From NCBI GenBank assembly GCA_050943875.1, contig JBMNPZ010000007.1, positions 7,683 to 71,682 on the forward strand: a stretch of DNA of 64,000 nucleotides. Reading direction: 5' to 3'. This DNA comes from Candidatus Limivicinus sp. (GTDB taxonomy: Bacteria > Bacillota > Clostridia > Oscillospirales > Oscillospiraceae). A program made the position numbers and the translations under genes. The first letter of the stretch is position 1. Each line of letters begins with the position of its first letter. Below the pieces are notes generated by a model. It was not told the origin of the DNA. It worked only from the letters and a program-made list of their open reading frames with translations, and searched no databases. This document shows positions 35,047-44,813 of the stretch, in pieces.

Positions 35047-36992
35047 GCTTTTTCGATTATCATCATTTCCCCATCTACTCTATAATGGTTTTGTTCCTGG
35101 GCGCATTTCTGGTGGTTATGTTCGGCAAGAACAAGCATGTCAGAAATATAATCGCTTTCCTGGCGGTTTCCGTGTCCCTGGCCTGCATGATCGCGCTGGT
35201 GAAGCCCGTCATGCTGGAGGGCGAAATCATCGCCTACTGGATGGGCAGCCGGGCAATGGCCGGCGGCTACGCCATAGGCATTGCGCTGGAGGTTGACGCG
35301 CTGGGCCTGTTCTTCGGCCTGCTGGTCTCCACCGCAGTGTTTGTCTCCTGTGTGTATTCACTCCAGTACATGGAGAGAGACGACAATGTCTCCCAGTACT
35401 ACACTCTGTTCCTTATGCTCGCCGGCGGCGTCATGGGCCTTGTCCTCTCCGGTGACCTCTTCAACATGTTCATCATGGTGGAGATCCTCACCTTCGCGGC
35501 AGTCGCCCTCACCGCTTTCCGCAGCAAGGCTTACGGTGCACTTGAGGCCGCATTCAAGTACCTCATAGTGGGCTGCATGGGTTCCTCCTGCATCCTTGTG
35601 GGCACCATCATGCTCTACTCCCAGACCCACACCCTGAACTTTGCACAGCTGGCGGCACTCACTCCGGGGAATATCACCACCTCCACAAAGATGGCCTTTG
35701 CCTTCCTGATCATCGGATTCAGCACCAAGGCATTTATTATCCCCTTCCATCCCCTGGCAGCAGACGCCCACGGCGCCGCTCCTGCCTCCATCTCCGTACT
35801 TATCTCCGGTGTTCTCACCAAGTCCGGTATTTACGGAATCATCCGTCTCTGCTACATACTCTTCCAGGTCATGGACAGGGCAAGCTTCCAGTTCCTGCTC
35901 GTCTTCATTGGCTCCGTGAGTATGTTCGTCTGCGTCACTATGGCCCTTGCACAGCATGACTTCAAGCGTCTGCTTGCATTCCACAGTATCTCCCAGATAG
36001 GCTATGTGCTTATGGCAGTGGGTCTTTTCACCGGCCTCGGCTTCTCCGCGGGCCTCTACCACGCCATGAACCACACCCTCTTCAAGGGCCTCCTGTTCCT
36101 TGCAGCCGGTGCAGTTCTCCATCAGACCGGCACCACCAACCTGGATGAGCTGGGCGGCCTCTCAAAGAAGATGCCCTGGACCACGGTTCTGTTCCTCGTG
36201 GGCGCCTTCTCCATCAGCGGTCTGCCCCCCTTCAACGGCTTTGCCTCAAAGTGGATGATCTATCAGGCCTCCTACCTCAAGGCTGTGGAGACCGGCAGCA
36301 TCGGCTACATCCTTGTGACCGTTATTGCACTTATCACCTCCATTCTCACCCTTGCCTCCTTCGTCAAGGTCAGCCAGTCCGTGTTCTTCGGCAGGCTCCC
36401 GGCAAGGTTTGAGAACGTCAAGGAAGTCAAGCCCAGCATGATCATTGCAATGAGCATCTTTGCAGTGCTCTGCATCTTCACCGGCCTCTTCCCCAACATC
36501 GTCACCAGATACCTCACCGAGCCTGCGGCCCGCGCTGCATTCTCCGCTGTGAACTACATCGACGCAATGCTGGGCTCCGGCTATGCCGCAGAGACAATGG
36601 GCTCGAATCTCCCTGTAGTTACTACTATAGACTTCTCCCAGATTGGCTACTGGGCTCCTGTCTCCTGGCTGCTTGTCCTCTGCATCACTCTTCTGGCCGT
36701 CACCATCGCTGCCGTATCCGGCAAGTATGACAGGGTCAGCGAGACTGCAAAGGCTGAGCTCAGCGAGAGCGGAGAGGCTGTACGCGACTCCAAGTACGAT
36801 CTGTTCTGGGGCGGCGAGGAGAGTGTTCCCTCTCACGTTGCCGGCGGCGATCTGTTCTGGGGCTTCAAATACAACTGGAGAAAATACTTCAGCTTCATGC
36901 ATGATCTGCACAGCGGTATTGTCAATGACTATGCCCTGTGGGCAGTGGTGGCACTTGCACTGGCCACGCTGTTCATCCAGATAGTACTTTAA
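35043..36992 (+). CDS. mbhH: Mrp subunit D / NuoL-M-N-like ion-translocating subunit (MbhH-like) with a C-terminal extension
   Basis: 649 aa carrying the proton-conducting membrane transporter domain (WMGSR..., HAAPASISVLISGVLTKSGIYG, FHSISQIGY, NHTLFKGLLFLAAG). Confidence 0.9.
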   Translation: MSFFDYHHFPIYSIMVLFLGAFLVVMFGKNKHVRNIIAFLAVSVSLACMIALVKPVMLEGEIIAYWMGSRAMAGGYAIGIALEVDALGLFFGLLVSTAVFVSCVYSLQYMERDDNVSQYYTLFLMLAGGVMGLVLSGDLFNMFIMVEILTFAAVALTAFRSKAYGALEAAFKYLIVGCMGSSCILVGTIMLYSQTHTLNFAQLAALTPGNITTSTKMAFAFLIIGFSTKAFIIPFHPLAADAHGAAPASISVLISGVLTKSGIYGIIRLCYILFQVMDRASFQFLLVFIGSVSMFVCVTMALAQHDFKRLLAFHSISQIGYVLMAVGLFTGLGFSAGLYHAMNHTLFKGLLFLAAGAVLHQTGTTNLDELGGLSKKMPWTTVLFLVGAFSISGLPPFNGFASKWMIYQASYLKAVETGSIGYILVTVIALITSILTLASFVKVSQSVFFGRLPARFENVKEVKPSMIIAMSIFAVLCIFTGLFPNIVTRYLTEPAARAAFSAVNYIDAMLGSGYAAETMGSNLPVVTTIDFSQIGYWAPVSWLLVLCITLLAVTIAAVSGKYDRVSETAKAELSESGEAVRDSKYDLFWGGEESVPSHVAGGDLFWGFKYNWRKYFSFMHDLHSGIVNDYALWAVVALALATLFIQIVL

Positions 36993-37005
36993 GGAGGTGG
37001 GAAGT

Positions 37006-37968
37006 ATGACAATAGTATTGACTGCTCTGCAATATCTGGGATATATTCTTATTTTCCCCGGCTTTCTGTTCTGCTTTCTGGCAGGCCTGCTTCTCTGCGG
37101 AATTGACCGCAAGATAGTCGCCAGAATGCAAAAGCGTGTCGGCCCTCCCATTCTTCAGCCTTTTTATGATTTCTTCAAGCTCTGCGGCAAGGAGGTCATA
37201 ATCCCCGACGCCGCATCCAAGACCACCTTCCTCATCGCCCCCCTGGTGGGCCTTGCAGCCCTCGTGGTCATGCAGCTTATAATTCCTATCCACGGCTTTG
37301 CGGCCTTCTCCGGCATGGCGGATATAATCGTTATCCTCTATCTGCTGCTCATACCCGCAATGGCCTCCATGCTGGGCGGTGCCGCTTCCGGCTCCCCCTA
37401 CGCAGGCGTGGGCCTCAGCCGTGAGATGGTAACTGTCATCTCCTGTGAGCTCCCCCTGGTGCTGGTGCTCCTCGCAGTGGGCAAGGCGGTAGGCGGCGAC
37501 AAGGTCACCTTCTCCTTCACCCAGATCGCACAGTATCAGATTGCAAACGGCTGCCTTATCACCAAGGCCAGCATGATCCCCGCCGCCGTTGCAATGCTCC
37601 TGATAATCCCCGGCGAGACCGGAAACCACCCCTTTGACACCGCCGAGGCCGAGACCGAGATCTGCGAGGGCCTCCTGGCAGAGTACAGCGGCGCTCCCCT
37701 GGCTGTGTACAAGCTCAGCCACGGCATCAAGATGCTCACCCTCACAAGCCTCTTTGTGGCTCTGTTCCTGGGCGGCATAGGGACCGGCATCCTCGCACTG
37801 GATGCACTCATAATGTTCCTGCTCTGTGCCGTACTTACAATCGTCTCTATCTCCTTCGTCCACGCCATCACCGCGAGACTGAAGATAGAGCAGGTATTCA
37901 AGTACTACTGGACCATCGTGACAGGCTTCGCTCTCGTGAGCGTGATCCTGGCATGGTACGGTCTGTAA
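37006..37968 (+). CDS. mbhM: NuoH-like membrane subunit (MbhM-like)
   Basis: Motifs DRKIVARMQKRVGPP and PFDTAEAETEI..G..AEYSG, typical of the NuoH/HycD family. AAGGAGG RBS lies before ATG 37006. Confidence 0.88.
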   Translation: MTIVLTALQYLGYILIFPGFLFCFLAGLLLCGIDRKIVARMQKRVGPPILQPFYDFFKLCGKEVIIPDAASKTTFLIAPLVGLAALVVMQLIIPIHGFAAFSGMADIIVILYLLLIPAMASMLGGAASGSPYAGVGLSREMVTVISCELPLVLVLLAVGKAVGGDKVTFSFTQIAQYQIANGCLITKASMIPAAVAMLLIIPGETGNHPFDTAEAETEICEGLLAEYSGAPLAVYKLSHGIKMLTLTSLFVALFLGGIGTGILALDALIMFLLCAVLTIVSISFVHAITARLKIEQVFKYYWTIVTGFALVSVILAWYGL

Positions 37969-37980
37969 GGAGGGGTGAAA

Positions 37981-38421
37981 ATGTTCAAGAAAATTATTGA
38001 AGAGAGCACTGCAAAATCCCCGTGGCTGTTCCACATAAACGCAGGCTCCTGCAACGGCTGTGATATAGAGCTCGTCTCCGTTCTCACTCCCCGTTACGAT
38101 GCTGAGCGTCTGGGCTTCAAGCTCACCGGCTCTCCCCGTCATGCAGACATTGTGGTCGTCACCGGCCCCGTCACCAAGCAGTCCCTGCCCAGAGTGCTGA
38201 GGGCTATCTCTCAGGTTCCGGAACCCAGATGCATTGTCACCATGGGCTCCTGCCCCCAGTCCGGCAACGTGTTCAAGGGCAGCTACTCCGTGGCAGGCCC
38301 CCTGAGCAAGTATGTCCATGTGGATGTGGATGTGGCAGGCTGCGCACCCAGACCCGAGGCCATCATTGACGGCCTTGCTCTGGCAACAAAAATACTCAAG
38401 GAAAAGAGGGCGCAGAAATAA
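37981..38421 (+). CDS. mbhJ: [NiFe]-hydrogenase small subunit, NuoB-like (MbhJ-like)
   Basis: Proximal 4Fe-4S ligands GSCNGCDIE ... GSCPQSG ... GCAPRPE. Confidence 0.9.
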   Translation: MFKKIIEESTAKSPWLFHINAGSCNGCDIELVSVLTPRYDAERLGFKLTGSPRHADIVVVTGPVTKQSLPRVLRAISQVPEPRCIVTMGSCPQSGNVFKGSYSVAGPLSKYVHVDVDVAGCAPRPEAIIDGLALATKILKEKRAQK

Positions 38422-39011
38422 TGGATTTACCGTTTGCGAAAGAAGCCATAGGCCAGCTGTTCAGCAAGAGCAGCTGTGCAATGTACCCTGTCGTCCCCAG
38501 TGAGGCAGCCCCCGGATACAGAGGCAGAATTGTGTATCATGCAGACCAGTGCATAGGCTGCGGCATGTGTGAGCGTGTCTGCGCCGGCGGCGCAATCACC
38601 CGCACGGTGGAAAAGGTCGAGGAGGGCACCAAGATCACTATCTCCTTCAACCTCGGCTCCTGCACCTTCTGCAACACCTGTGCCGATTTCTGCACACACC
38701 ATGCAATCGAGCTTACGACCGACTATCACATGATAGCCACCAAGCCCGAGGATCTTATTGTCACCGGCAGTCATGTGAAGGTCCTCAAGAAGATAGACCC
38801 CGCCGCTGCCTCCTGCGGTATCAACGCAAGAGAAGACGGCAAGCCTGTCCAGGACCCCACAAAGTGCGTCTACTGCACTCTCTGCGCAAAGAAGTGCCCC
38901 CAGGGCGCCATTACCGTGGACCGTGCCAATAAGACATGGAAGTGCAACTATGATGAGTGCGTCGGCTGCGGCACCTGCATAAGCAGCTGCCCCAAGAAGG
39001 CGCTCATCTGA
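38421..39011 (+). CDS. mbhN: NuoI-like ferredoxin subunit with four CxxCxxCxxxC motifs (MbhN-like plus an extra 2x[4Fe-4S] domain)
   Basis: The four motifs are CIGCGMCERVC, CTFCNTCADFC, CVYCTLCAKKCP and CVGCGTCISSCP. Confidence 0.88.
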   Translation: MDLPFAKEAIGQLFSKSSCAMYPVVPSEAAPGYRGRIVYHADQCIGCGMCERVCAGGAITRTVEKVEEGTKITISFNLGSCTFCNTCADFCTHHAIELTTDYHMIATKPEDLIVTGSHVKVLKKIDPAAASCGINAREDGKPVQDPTKCVYCTLCAKKCPQGAITVDRANKTWKCNYDECVGCGTCISSCPKKALI

Positions 39012-39047
39012 GACAGGGCAGGATCTTAACAGGATCTGAAAAACTAA

Positions 39048-39076
39048 CCACCGCAGATTTTAAAATCTGCGGTGGT
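39048..39076 (+). terminator. Rho-independent terminator ending the hydrogenase locus
   Basis: ACCACCGCAGATT-TTAA-AATCTGCGGTGGT followed by TTTTC. Confidence 0.75.
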
Positions 39077-39114
39077 TTTCTATTCCTGTATATATTCAGA
39101 AATGATATAAAAAA

Positions 39115-39136
39115 GCCGCATGAAAATTCATGCGGC
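39115..39136 (-). terminator. Terminator of the convergent minus-strand two-gene unit
   Basis: GCCGCATGAA-N2-TTCATGCGGC with TTTTTT on the minus strand. Confidence 0.65.
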
Positions 39137-39155
39137 AATGATATTTTCGGGTGTT

Positions 39156-39359
39156 TCAGATTACCCCTGCCTCCTGAAAGGCGGGTATAAGATCGTGTAT
39201 CAGATAATCATAATAGAGCTTGAGGCTGTAGCGCTCATCCAGCACCGTGAAAATACGGTCATATTCAGCCCCTGTTATAAGCCCCACACCGAGACACACG
39301 GCGCCCAGGAGAGCTGCAATGAGCACGATTGCGATAACTATCTGCCATGCTTTCTTCAT
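39156..39359 (-). CDS. Small single-pass membrane protein
   Basis: 67 aa with an N-terminal TM helix (AWQIVIAIVLIAALLGAVCLGVGLI). It has a 4-nt overlap with the upstream gene. Confidence 0.6.
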   Translation of the reverse strand: MKKAWQIVIAIVLIAALLGAVCLGVGLITGAEYDRIFTVLDERYSLKLYYDYLIHDLIPAFQEAGVI

Positions 39360-40318
39360 TCTGCGGGCACCTCCTTATAGCAGACTCTGGCGCCCAGCTT
39401 GATAATTGCATTTATGAGTCCCGCAATGGCGCCGCCTATGAACCATATGAAGAGCCAGGCGAAAAGCAGGGACAGGGCCAGAATTATAATGCCGATACCC
39501 AGTACCACCATCACATCTGCAAAGATGCTGAAGCATCCAAAGGCGGATGAAATAGCGCTGATGCCGAGATAAACCGAGGCCACCGCCAGGACAAGGCATA
39601 TAAGTGTTGGAATAAGGAGCAGCGCCGCGCCTATGAGTCCCAGAGGAATGAAAACCAGAAGGAACAGGACAAGAAGTCCCGTACTCAGCTTTTTCTCGGT
39701 CTCCGGCAGATCTTCATCTCCGGACTCCTCCTCAAAAAGGCCCCTGTCACCGGTCTCGGCCGCAGGCTCAATATCCGAACTGAAAGCCTCTCCGAAACCC
39801 GCTGCGGCATCCTTTTCACCCGCTTCTGCGGGAACTGCGTCAGACACGGCCTTTTCAGCTTTCGGCTCCTCCGCAGTTTCGGTCTCCGGAAGCCTGGCTT
39901 TCGGAGCTTCGATACCGGAAGGTACCGTATTCTCTCTATTCTTCTCAGGCTCCGGGGCGGCAGGCTTTGCATTTACAGGGCCCTCCTCGGCACCGGCACT
40001 GAGCTGAAGCAGCACACTCTGCCTGATTTTTTCAATTGTGGAGACAAACTGGGGTGTCTCCCCGTCATCTGCATATTCACTCTCATCTTTGGACTGGGCC
40101 TCAACCTGAAGCTTTCTCTCTCGGGCATTGTAGGACCGGGCGATTATCACGGCCTGCCTCGTTGCGGAGACAAGCTCTTTTATAACGGCCTGCTCATCCC
40201 TGGCGCCTTCAAAGAGCTCCTCATACATGGAGAGGGCGGTCTGTCTGTCCTCCTCGTACATGAACGTCAGAAGCTTACCCAGTTCAGCAAGAAATTTTTG
40301 TTTGTTGATTTCAGTCAC
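39356..40318 (-). CDS. Membrane protein with a DUF1700/HAAS-like helical N-terminus, an acidic Pro/Ala/Glu-rich linker and C-terminal TM helices
   Basis: N-terminus MTEINKQKFLAELGKLLTFMYEEDRQTALSMYEELF, then low-complexity EPEK/AEEP repeats. About 3 C-terminal TM helices. Confidence 0.7.
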   Translation of the reverse strand: MTEINKQKFLAELGKLLTFMYEEDRQTALSMYEELFEGARDEQAVIKELVSATRQAVIIARSYNARERKLQVEAQSKDESEYADDGETPQFVSTIEKIRQSVLLQLSAGAEEGPVNAKPAAPEPEKNRENTVPSGIEAPKARLPETETAEEPKAEKAVSDAVPAEAGEKDAAAGFGEAFSSDIEPAAETGDRGLFEEESGDEDLPETEKKLSTGLLVLFLLVFIPLGLIGAALLLIPTLICLVLAVASVYLGISAISSAFGCFSIFADVMVVLGIGIIILALSLLFAWLFIWFIGGAIAGLINAIIKLGARVCYKEVPAE

Positions 40319-40402
40319 CTCCGACTGTTTCTGATTTCACAATCAGCATCATTATAGCCGTTGTGGGGCATCAGGTCAAGAAAAAAAGTGAAAATAAGCT
40401 TA

Positions 40403-40431
40403 TTGACAAAGCAAAATGGGGGATATACAAT
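40403..40431 (+). promoter_or_regulatory. Sigma-A type promoter of proS
   Basis: TTGACA (40403-40408), 17-nt spacer, TACAAT (40426-40431). Confidence 0.6.
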
Positions 40432-40499
40432 GATAAAATGTGTACAGACACAGAATACGACGGAGCAAGGGCTCTGGCGATGGATTGGAGATTAAAATT

Positions 40500-41936
40500 A
40501 TGGCAAAAGACAAAAAGGTAGAACAGATCACCGATATGGAGGTGGACTTCACCCAGTGGTTCACCGATGTGTGCACAAAGGCCGAGCTGGTGGATTACTC
40601 CGGCGTAAAGGGTCTTTTCATACTGCGCCCCTACGGCTATGCGATTTGGGAGAATATTCAGAAGCTGCTGGACGACATGTTCAAGCGTGACGGACATCAG
40701 AATGTCTCCATGCCCGTGCTGATCCCCGAGAGTCTTCTCCAGAAGGAGAAGGATCATGTGAAGGGCTTTGCACCTGAGTGCGCGTGGGTCACCATGGGCG
40801 GCGATGAGGAGCTCCCGGAGAGGCTGTGCGTGCGCCCCACCTCCGAGACGCTTTTCTGCGATCACTGGAGCCATGTGGTTCACTCATGGCGCGATCTGCC
40901 TATGTTATATAACCAGTGGTGCTCCGTTCTCCGCTGGGAGAAGACCACCCGCCCCTTCCTCAGGGGCAGAGAGTTCCTCTGGCAGGAGGGGCACACCCTC
41001 CATGCCACACCGGAGGAGGCTAAGAAGGAGACCCTGCAGCAGCTTGAGGTCTACGCAGATCTCTGCGAAAATTACCTCGCCATGCCGGTCATCAGGGGCA
41101 ACAAGACCGAGAAGGAGAAGTTTGCCGGTGCGGAGAACACCTACACTATTGAGTGCATGATGCACGACAAGAAAGCGCTCCAGTCCGGCACAAGCCACTA
41201 TTTCGGCGACGGCTTTGCAAAGCAGTTCAATATCACCTTTACCGACAAGGACAACAAGCAGAAATACCCCTTCCAGACCTCCTGGGGCATGTCCACCCGT
41301 ATAATCGGCGGCATAATCATGACCCACGGCGACAACAGCGGCCTTGTGCTGCCCCCCAGAATTGCGCCGGTTCAGGTCATCGTGGTTCCCGTGGCTCAGC
41401 ACAAGCCCGGCGTGACCGAGAAGGCAAACGAGCTCTTTGAGACCCTCAAGGCCAATGGGATCAGGGTGAAGATCGACACCAGCGACAACAGCCTCGGCTG
41501 GAAGTGCGCGGAGTACGAGATGAAGGGCGTCCCCCTTCGTCTTGAGATCGGACCCAGAGATATAGAAAACAATGTCTGTATGGCGGTGAGAAGAGACAAC
41601 GGCGAGAAGATCTCCGTATCTCTGGACGAGCTGGCTGAAAGAATTCCCCAGCTCCTTGACGATGTGCAGAACGGCCTCTATGAGAAGGCCAGTAAAAACC
41701 TTCAGGAGCACACCTATGTGGCCCATACTCTGGAGGAGGCAAAGAAGATCCAGGAGGAGCACGGCGGCTTCATCAAGACCATGTGGTGCGGCGACCTGGA
41801 GTGCGAGCTTGCAATGAAGGAGAAGGCCGGAATGTCCTCCCGCTGCATCCCCTTTGAGCAGGAGCATCTGGATGACGTCTGCGCAGTCTGCGGAAAGCCC
41901 GCAAAATATATGGTCTACTGGGGCGTGGCCTACTGA
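40500..41936 (+). CDS. proS: Proline--tRNA ligase, archaeal/eukaryote-like type (no INS editing domain)
   Basis: 478 aa with class II motifs ([21 protein letters not shown]). A C-terminal zinc-binding domain ends ...YWGVAY. Confidence 0.93.
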   Translation: MAKDKKVEQITDMEVDFTQWFTDVCTKAELVDYSGVKGLFILRPYGYAIWENIQKLLDDMFKRDGHQNVSMPVLIPESLLQKEKDHVKGFAPECAWVTMGGDEELPERLCVRPTSETLFCDHWSHVVHSWRDLPMLYNQWCSVLRWEKTTRPFLRGREFLWQEGHTLHATPEEAKKETLQQLEVYADLCENYLAMPVIRGNKTEKEKFAGAENTYTIECMMHDKKALQSGTSHYFGDGFAKQFNITFTDKDNKQKYPFQTSWGMSTRIIGGIIMTHGDNSGLVLPPRIAPVQVIVVPVAQHKPGVTEKANELFETLKANGIRVKIDTSDNSLGWKCAEYEMKGVPLRLEIGPRDIENNVCMAVRRDNGEKISVSLDELAERIPQLLDDVQNGLYEKASKNLQEHTYVAHTLEEAKKIQEEHGGFIKTMWCGDLECELAMKEKAGMSSRCIPFEQEHLDDVCAVCGKPAKYMVYWGVAY

Positions 41937-42059
41937 TAGGGCTCCGCTCAGCAGTCCCGCATAAACGGCAGCTGACAAGAAAGAATAAAATTACAGCGCC
42001 CCCGGAAATTCCGGGAGCGCTGCTTTTTTATGTATTCAATTCAGAAATTGAAAACCGGA

Positions 42060-43478
42060 TTACTCCGCCTCGGCGGGAGTTTCGGCAGCGGCGGCCTTTT
42101 TCGCCTCCACATCAGACTCGGGGCAGTCATACTCCCAGTTCCACGGGTTCTTTTTGCAGACCTTGTCTGCAAAGGGGACAAATATGGACAGGAGTCCGAA
42201 GAGCGCCAGAGCCCAGCAGTACCAGAGGCTGGAGATGATCTCCGTGGGGGCCATGGCGATGCCGTAGGTGGTGGTCAGTGAGGCCGTGAGCAGGAGTTGT
42301 GCGCCGTAGGGGACTATGCCCTGGAACACGCAGGCGAAAACGTCCAGCAGGGACGCGGTGCGTCTGGGGTCCACCTTGTATTCCTTGCTGATGTCCTTTG
42401 CCATGCTGCCGCTGACGACGATGGCCACGGTGTTATTGGCGGTGGCGCAGTCTGCAAGGGAGACCAGGGCCGCAATGCCCACCTGCGCGGACTTGTTGCC
42501 CTTCATAAGGCCCCTCAGCTTCTCAATGAGCCACACAATGCCGCCGTTGTGGGCGACCATCTCGGACATGCCGCCGCAGAAGAGAGTGAGGAAAAAGACC
42601 TCATTCATGCCGGTGAAGCCGTCATACACATTCTGGGCAAAGCTGAAGATGTCCAGTGCGCCGGTGGCAAAGCCCACAATGGCCGCGGCAAAAATGCCGA
42701 TGGTGAGCACGAGGAAAACATTCATGCCTATGAGCGCCAGCACCAGAACCAGCAGATAGGGCACGACCTTTATAAAGCTGTAGTCCAGAGATTCAAGAGT
42801 GGGCATCACATCGGGGCGGCCCACAATGAGGAGAATGATTATGGTGAGGATTGCGGCGGGGAGAGCAATAAAGAAGTTGATGCGGAACTTGTCCCTCATC
42901 TCAACGCCCTGGGAACGGGTCGCCGCAATGGTGGTGTCGGATATCATGGAGAGGTTGTCGCCGAACATGGCGCCGCCCACGCAGGCACCCAGCATCAGGG
43001 GAACACTCAGTCCGCCCTTGTCGGCAACGCCCACCGCAATGGGGACAATGGCGCTGATGGTGCCCATGGATGAGCCGGTGGCAGTGCCGAGAAATGCGGA
43101 GATGATGAACATTCCGGCGGCAAGGAACTGTACAGGCACCAGGCTGAGCCCCAGATTTACCGTGGCATCCCGTCCGCCCATGGCGGTTGCAACCGCGGAA
43201 AAGGCGCCGGCCAGGAGATATATTATAAGCATCGTGAGGATATCCTCATTTGCAGCGCCCTTTGCGAAAATGCGGAAGCGGTCATTGAGACTGCCCTTTG
43301 TCATTGCAAAGGCCACCAGCACGGCAATAAACATGGCCGTAACAGAGGGGAACTGGTAGAAGGCCATCTCCACACCCTTGTGCTGGAGTATGAGGCCCGC
43401 GCCCAGATAAATGGCTACAAATATCAGGAACGGAATCAGAGCAAATCCGTTGCCCTTTTTATTAAGCTTCTCTTTCAT
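42060..43478 (-). CDS. NhaC family Na+/H+ antiporter-like transporter
   Basis: 472 aa polytopic protein. The NhaC-type call rests on overall sequence character, without a named motif. It lies 102 nt downstream of trpB on the same strand with no strong terminator between. Confidence 0.85.
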   Translation of the reverse strand: MKEKLNKKGNGFALIPFLIFVAIYLGAGLILQHKGVEMAFYQFPSVTAMFIAVLVAFAMTKGSLNDRFRIFAKGAANEDILTMLIIYLLAGAFSAVATAMGGRDATVNLGLSLVPVQFLAAGMFIISAFLGTATGSSMGTISAIVPIAVGVADKGGLSVPLMLGACVGGAMFGDNLSMISDTTIAATRSQGVEMRDKFRINFFIALPAAILTIIILLIVGRPDVMPTLESLDYSFIKVVPYLLVLVLALIGMNVFLVLTIGIFAAAIVGFATGALDIFSFAQNVYDGFTGMNEVFFLTLFCGGMSEMVAHNGGIVWLIEKLRGLMKGNKSAQVGIAALVSLADCATANNTVAIVVSGSMAKDISKEYKVDPRRTASLLDVFACVFQGIVPYGAQLLLTASLTTTYGIAMAPTEIISSLWYCWALALFGLLSIFVPFADKVCKKNPWNWEYDCPESDVEAKKAAAAETPAEAE

Positions 43479-43580
43479 TTCTTCTCCACCTTTTCGGATA
43501 TATTCTTAAGTATTATACACCATCACTTCAGGCAAAACAATCAGCTGAGGCCCGGTATTTCAGATTATTTCCCTCAGAAC

Positions 43581-44813
43581 TCAGAATTTTTCCCCCAGTC
43601 TCGCACCGTATTTCTCTATTATGAAGTCCAGGTCCTTGTCCCCCCTGCCGGAGAGATTTATGAGTATGGAGCCCCGGCCCATCTTTTTTGCCAGCTTCAT
43701 TGCATAGGCCACGGCGTGGGCGCTCTCAATGGCGGGAATTATCCCCTCGAGTCTGGAGAGCCGGAAAAAGGCGTCTATGGTCTCCTCATCGGAGATGACA
43801 TCATATTTTACCCGCCCAAGATCGTGGAGGAAGGCGTGCTCAGGGCCGGAGGCGGGGTAGTCAAGGCCGCTTGCCACCGAATACACCGGGGCAGGGTTCC
43901 CCTCCTCATCCTTGAGCATTATGCTGTTGAAGCCGTGCATTATCCCCTCGGTGCCGAATTTCATGCTGGCGGCGTTGTCCCCCATTCCCGGGCCCCGGCC
44001 CAGGGGCTCAACCCCGTATATGTCCACGGGGTCGTTGAGAAAGCCGGAGAATATGCCCATGGCGTTGGAGCCTCCCCCCACGCAGGCCACCACCGCGTCC
44101 GGCAGCTCCCCTGTCATGGATATGAACTGCTCTCTCGCCTCAATGCCCACGACGCTCTGGAAATCCCGCACCATCATGGGGAAGGGGTGGGGGCCCACAA
44201 CTGAGCCTATGCAGTAGATGCAGTCCCTGTACTCCCTGCTGTAGGCGGCAAAGGCGGCGTCCACGGCCTCCTTCAGGGTGGCGTTCCCCTCCTTCACCTC
44301 CACCACATTTGCGCCCAGTATTTTCATCCTGGCCACATTGGGGGCCTGTTTTTTGATGTCCACAGAGCCCATGTAGATGTCGCAGTCCAGACCGAAATAG
44401 GCCGCCGCCGTGGCAAGGGCCACACCGTGCTGTCCGGCACCGGTCTCGGCGATGACTTTCTTCTTGCCCATGTACTTTGCCAGCAGCGCCTCACCCATGC
44501 AGTGGTTCAGCTTATGGGCGCCGGTGTGGTTCAGATCCTCCCGCTTCACATAGAGCTGCACATTGCCTATGCTGCCGGAGAGCCTCTCCAGATACGAGAC
44601 CGGCGTGGGGCGGCCCTGAAATTCTTTCCGGATTCTCCTGAGCTCACTTATAAAGCGGCGGGATTTGCAGATGGTGAAATAGGCCTCGGTTATCTCCTCC
44701 ATGGCCTTTGCCAGATCCTGGGATATATAGCATCCGCCGTATCTGCCGAAATAGCCCTTCTCATCGGGGTAGTTTTTAAAATATGTATCAAAGTCAACAC
44801 CGTTGAATTTCAT
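43581..44813 (-). CDS. trpB: Tryptophan synthase beta chain (stand-alone, no trpA in window)
   Basis: Motifs [23 protein letters not shown] (PLP lysine) and [10 protein letters not shown], plus [17 protein letters not shown]. Confidence 0.9.
   Translation of the reverse strand: MKFNGVDFDTYFKNYPDEKGYFGRYGGCYISQDLAKAMEEITEAYFTICKSRRFISELRRIRKEFQGRPTPVSYLERLSGSIGNVQLYVKREDLNHTGAHKLNHCMGEALLAKYMGKKKVIAETGAGQHGVALATAAAYFGLDCDIYMGSVDIKKQAPNVARMKILGANVVEVKEGNATLKEAVDAAFAAYSREYRDCIYCIGSVVGPHPFPMMVRDFQSVVGIEAREQFISMTGELPDAVVACVGGGSNAMGIFSGFLNDPVDIYGVEPLGRGPGMGDNAASMKFGTEGIMHGFNSIMLKDEEGNPAPVYSVASGLDYPASGPEHAFLHDLGRVKYDVISDEETIDAFFRLSRLEGIIPAIESAHAVAYAMKLAKKMGRGSILINLSGRGDKDLDFIIEKYGARLGEKF

Noticed and set aside
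40319-40499. T-box leader upstream of proS
   Set aside because: The promoter at 40403-40431 leaves a leader of about 65 nt. That is too short for a T-box, and no GGTGGTACCGCG-like sequence or terminator is present.
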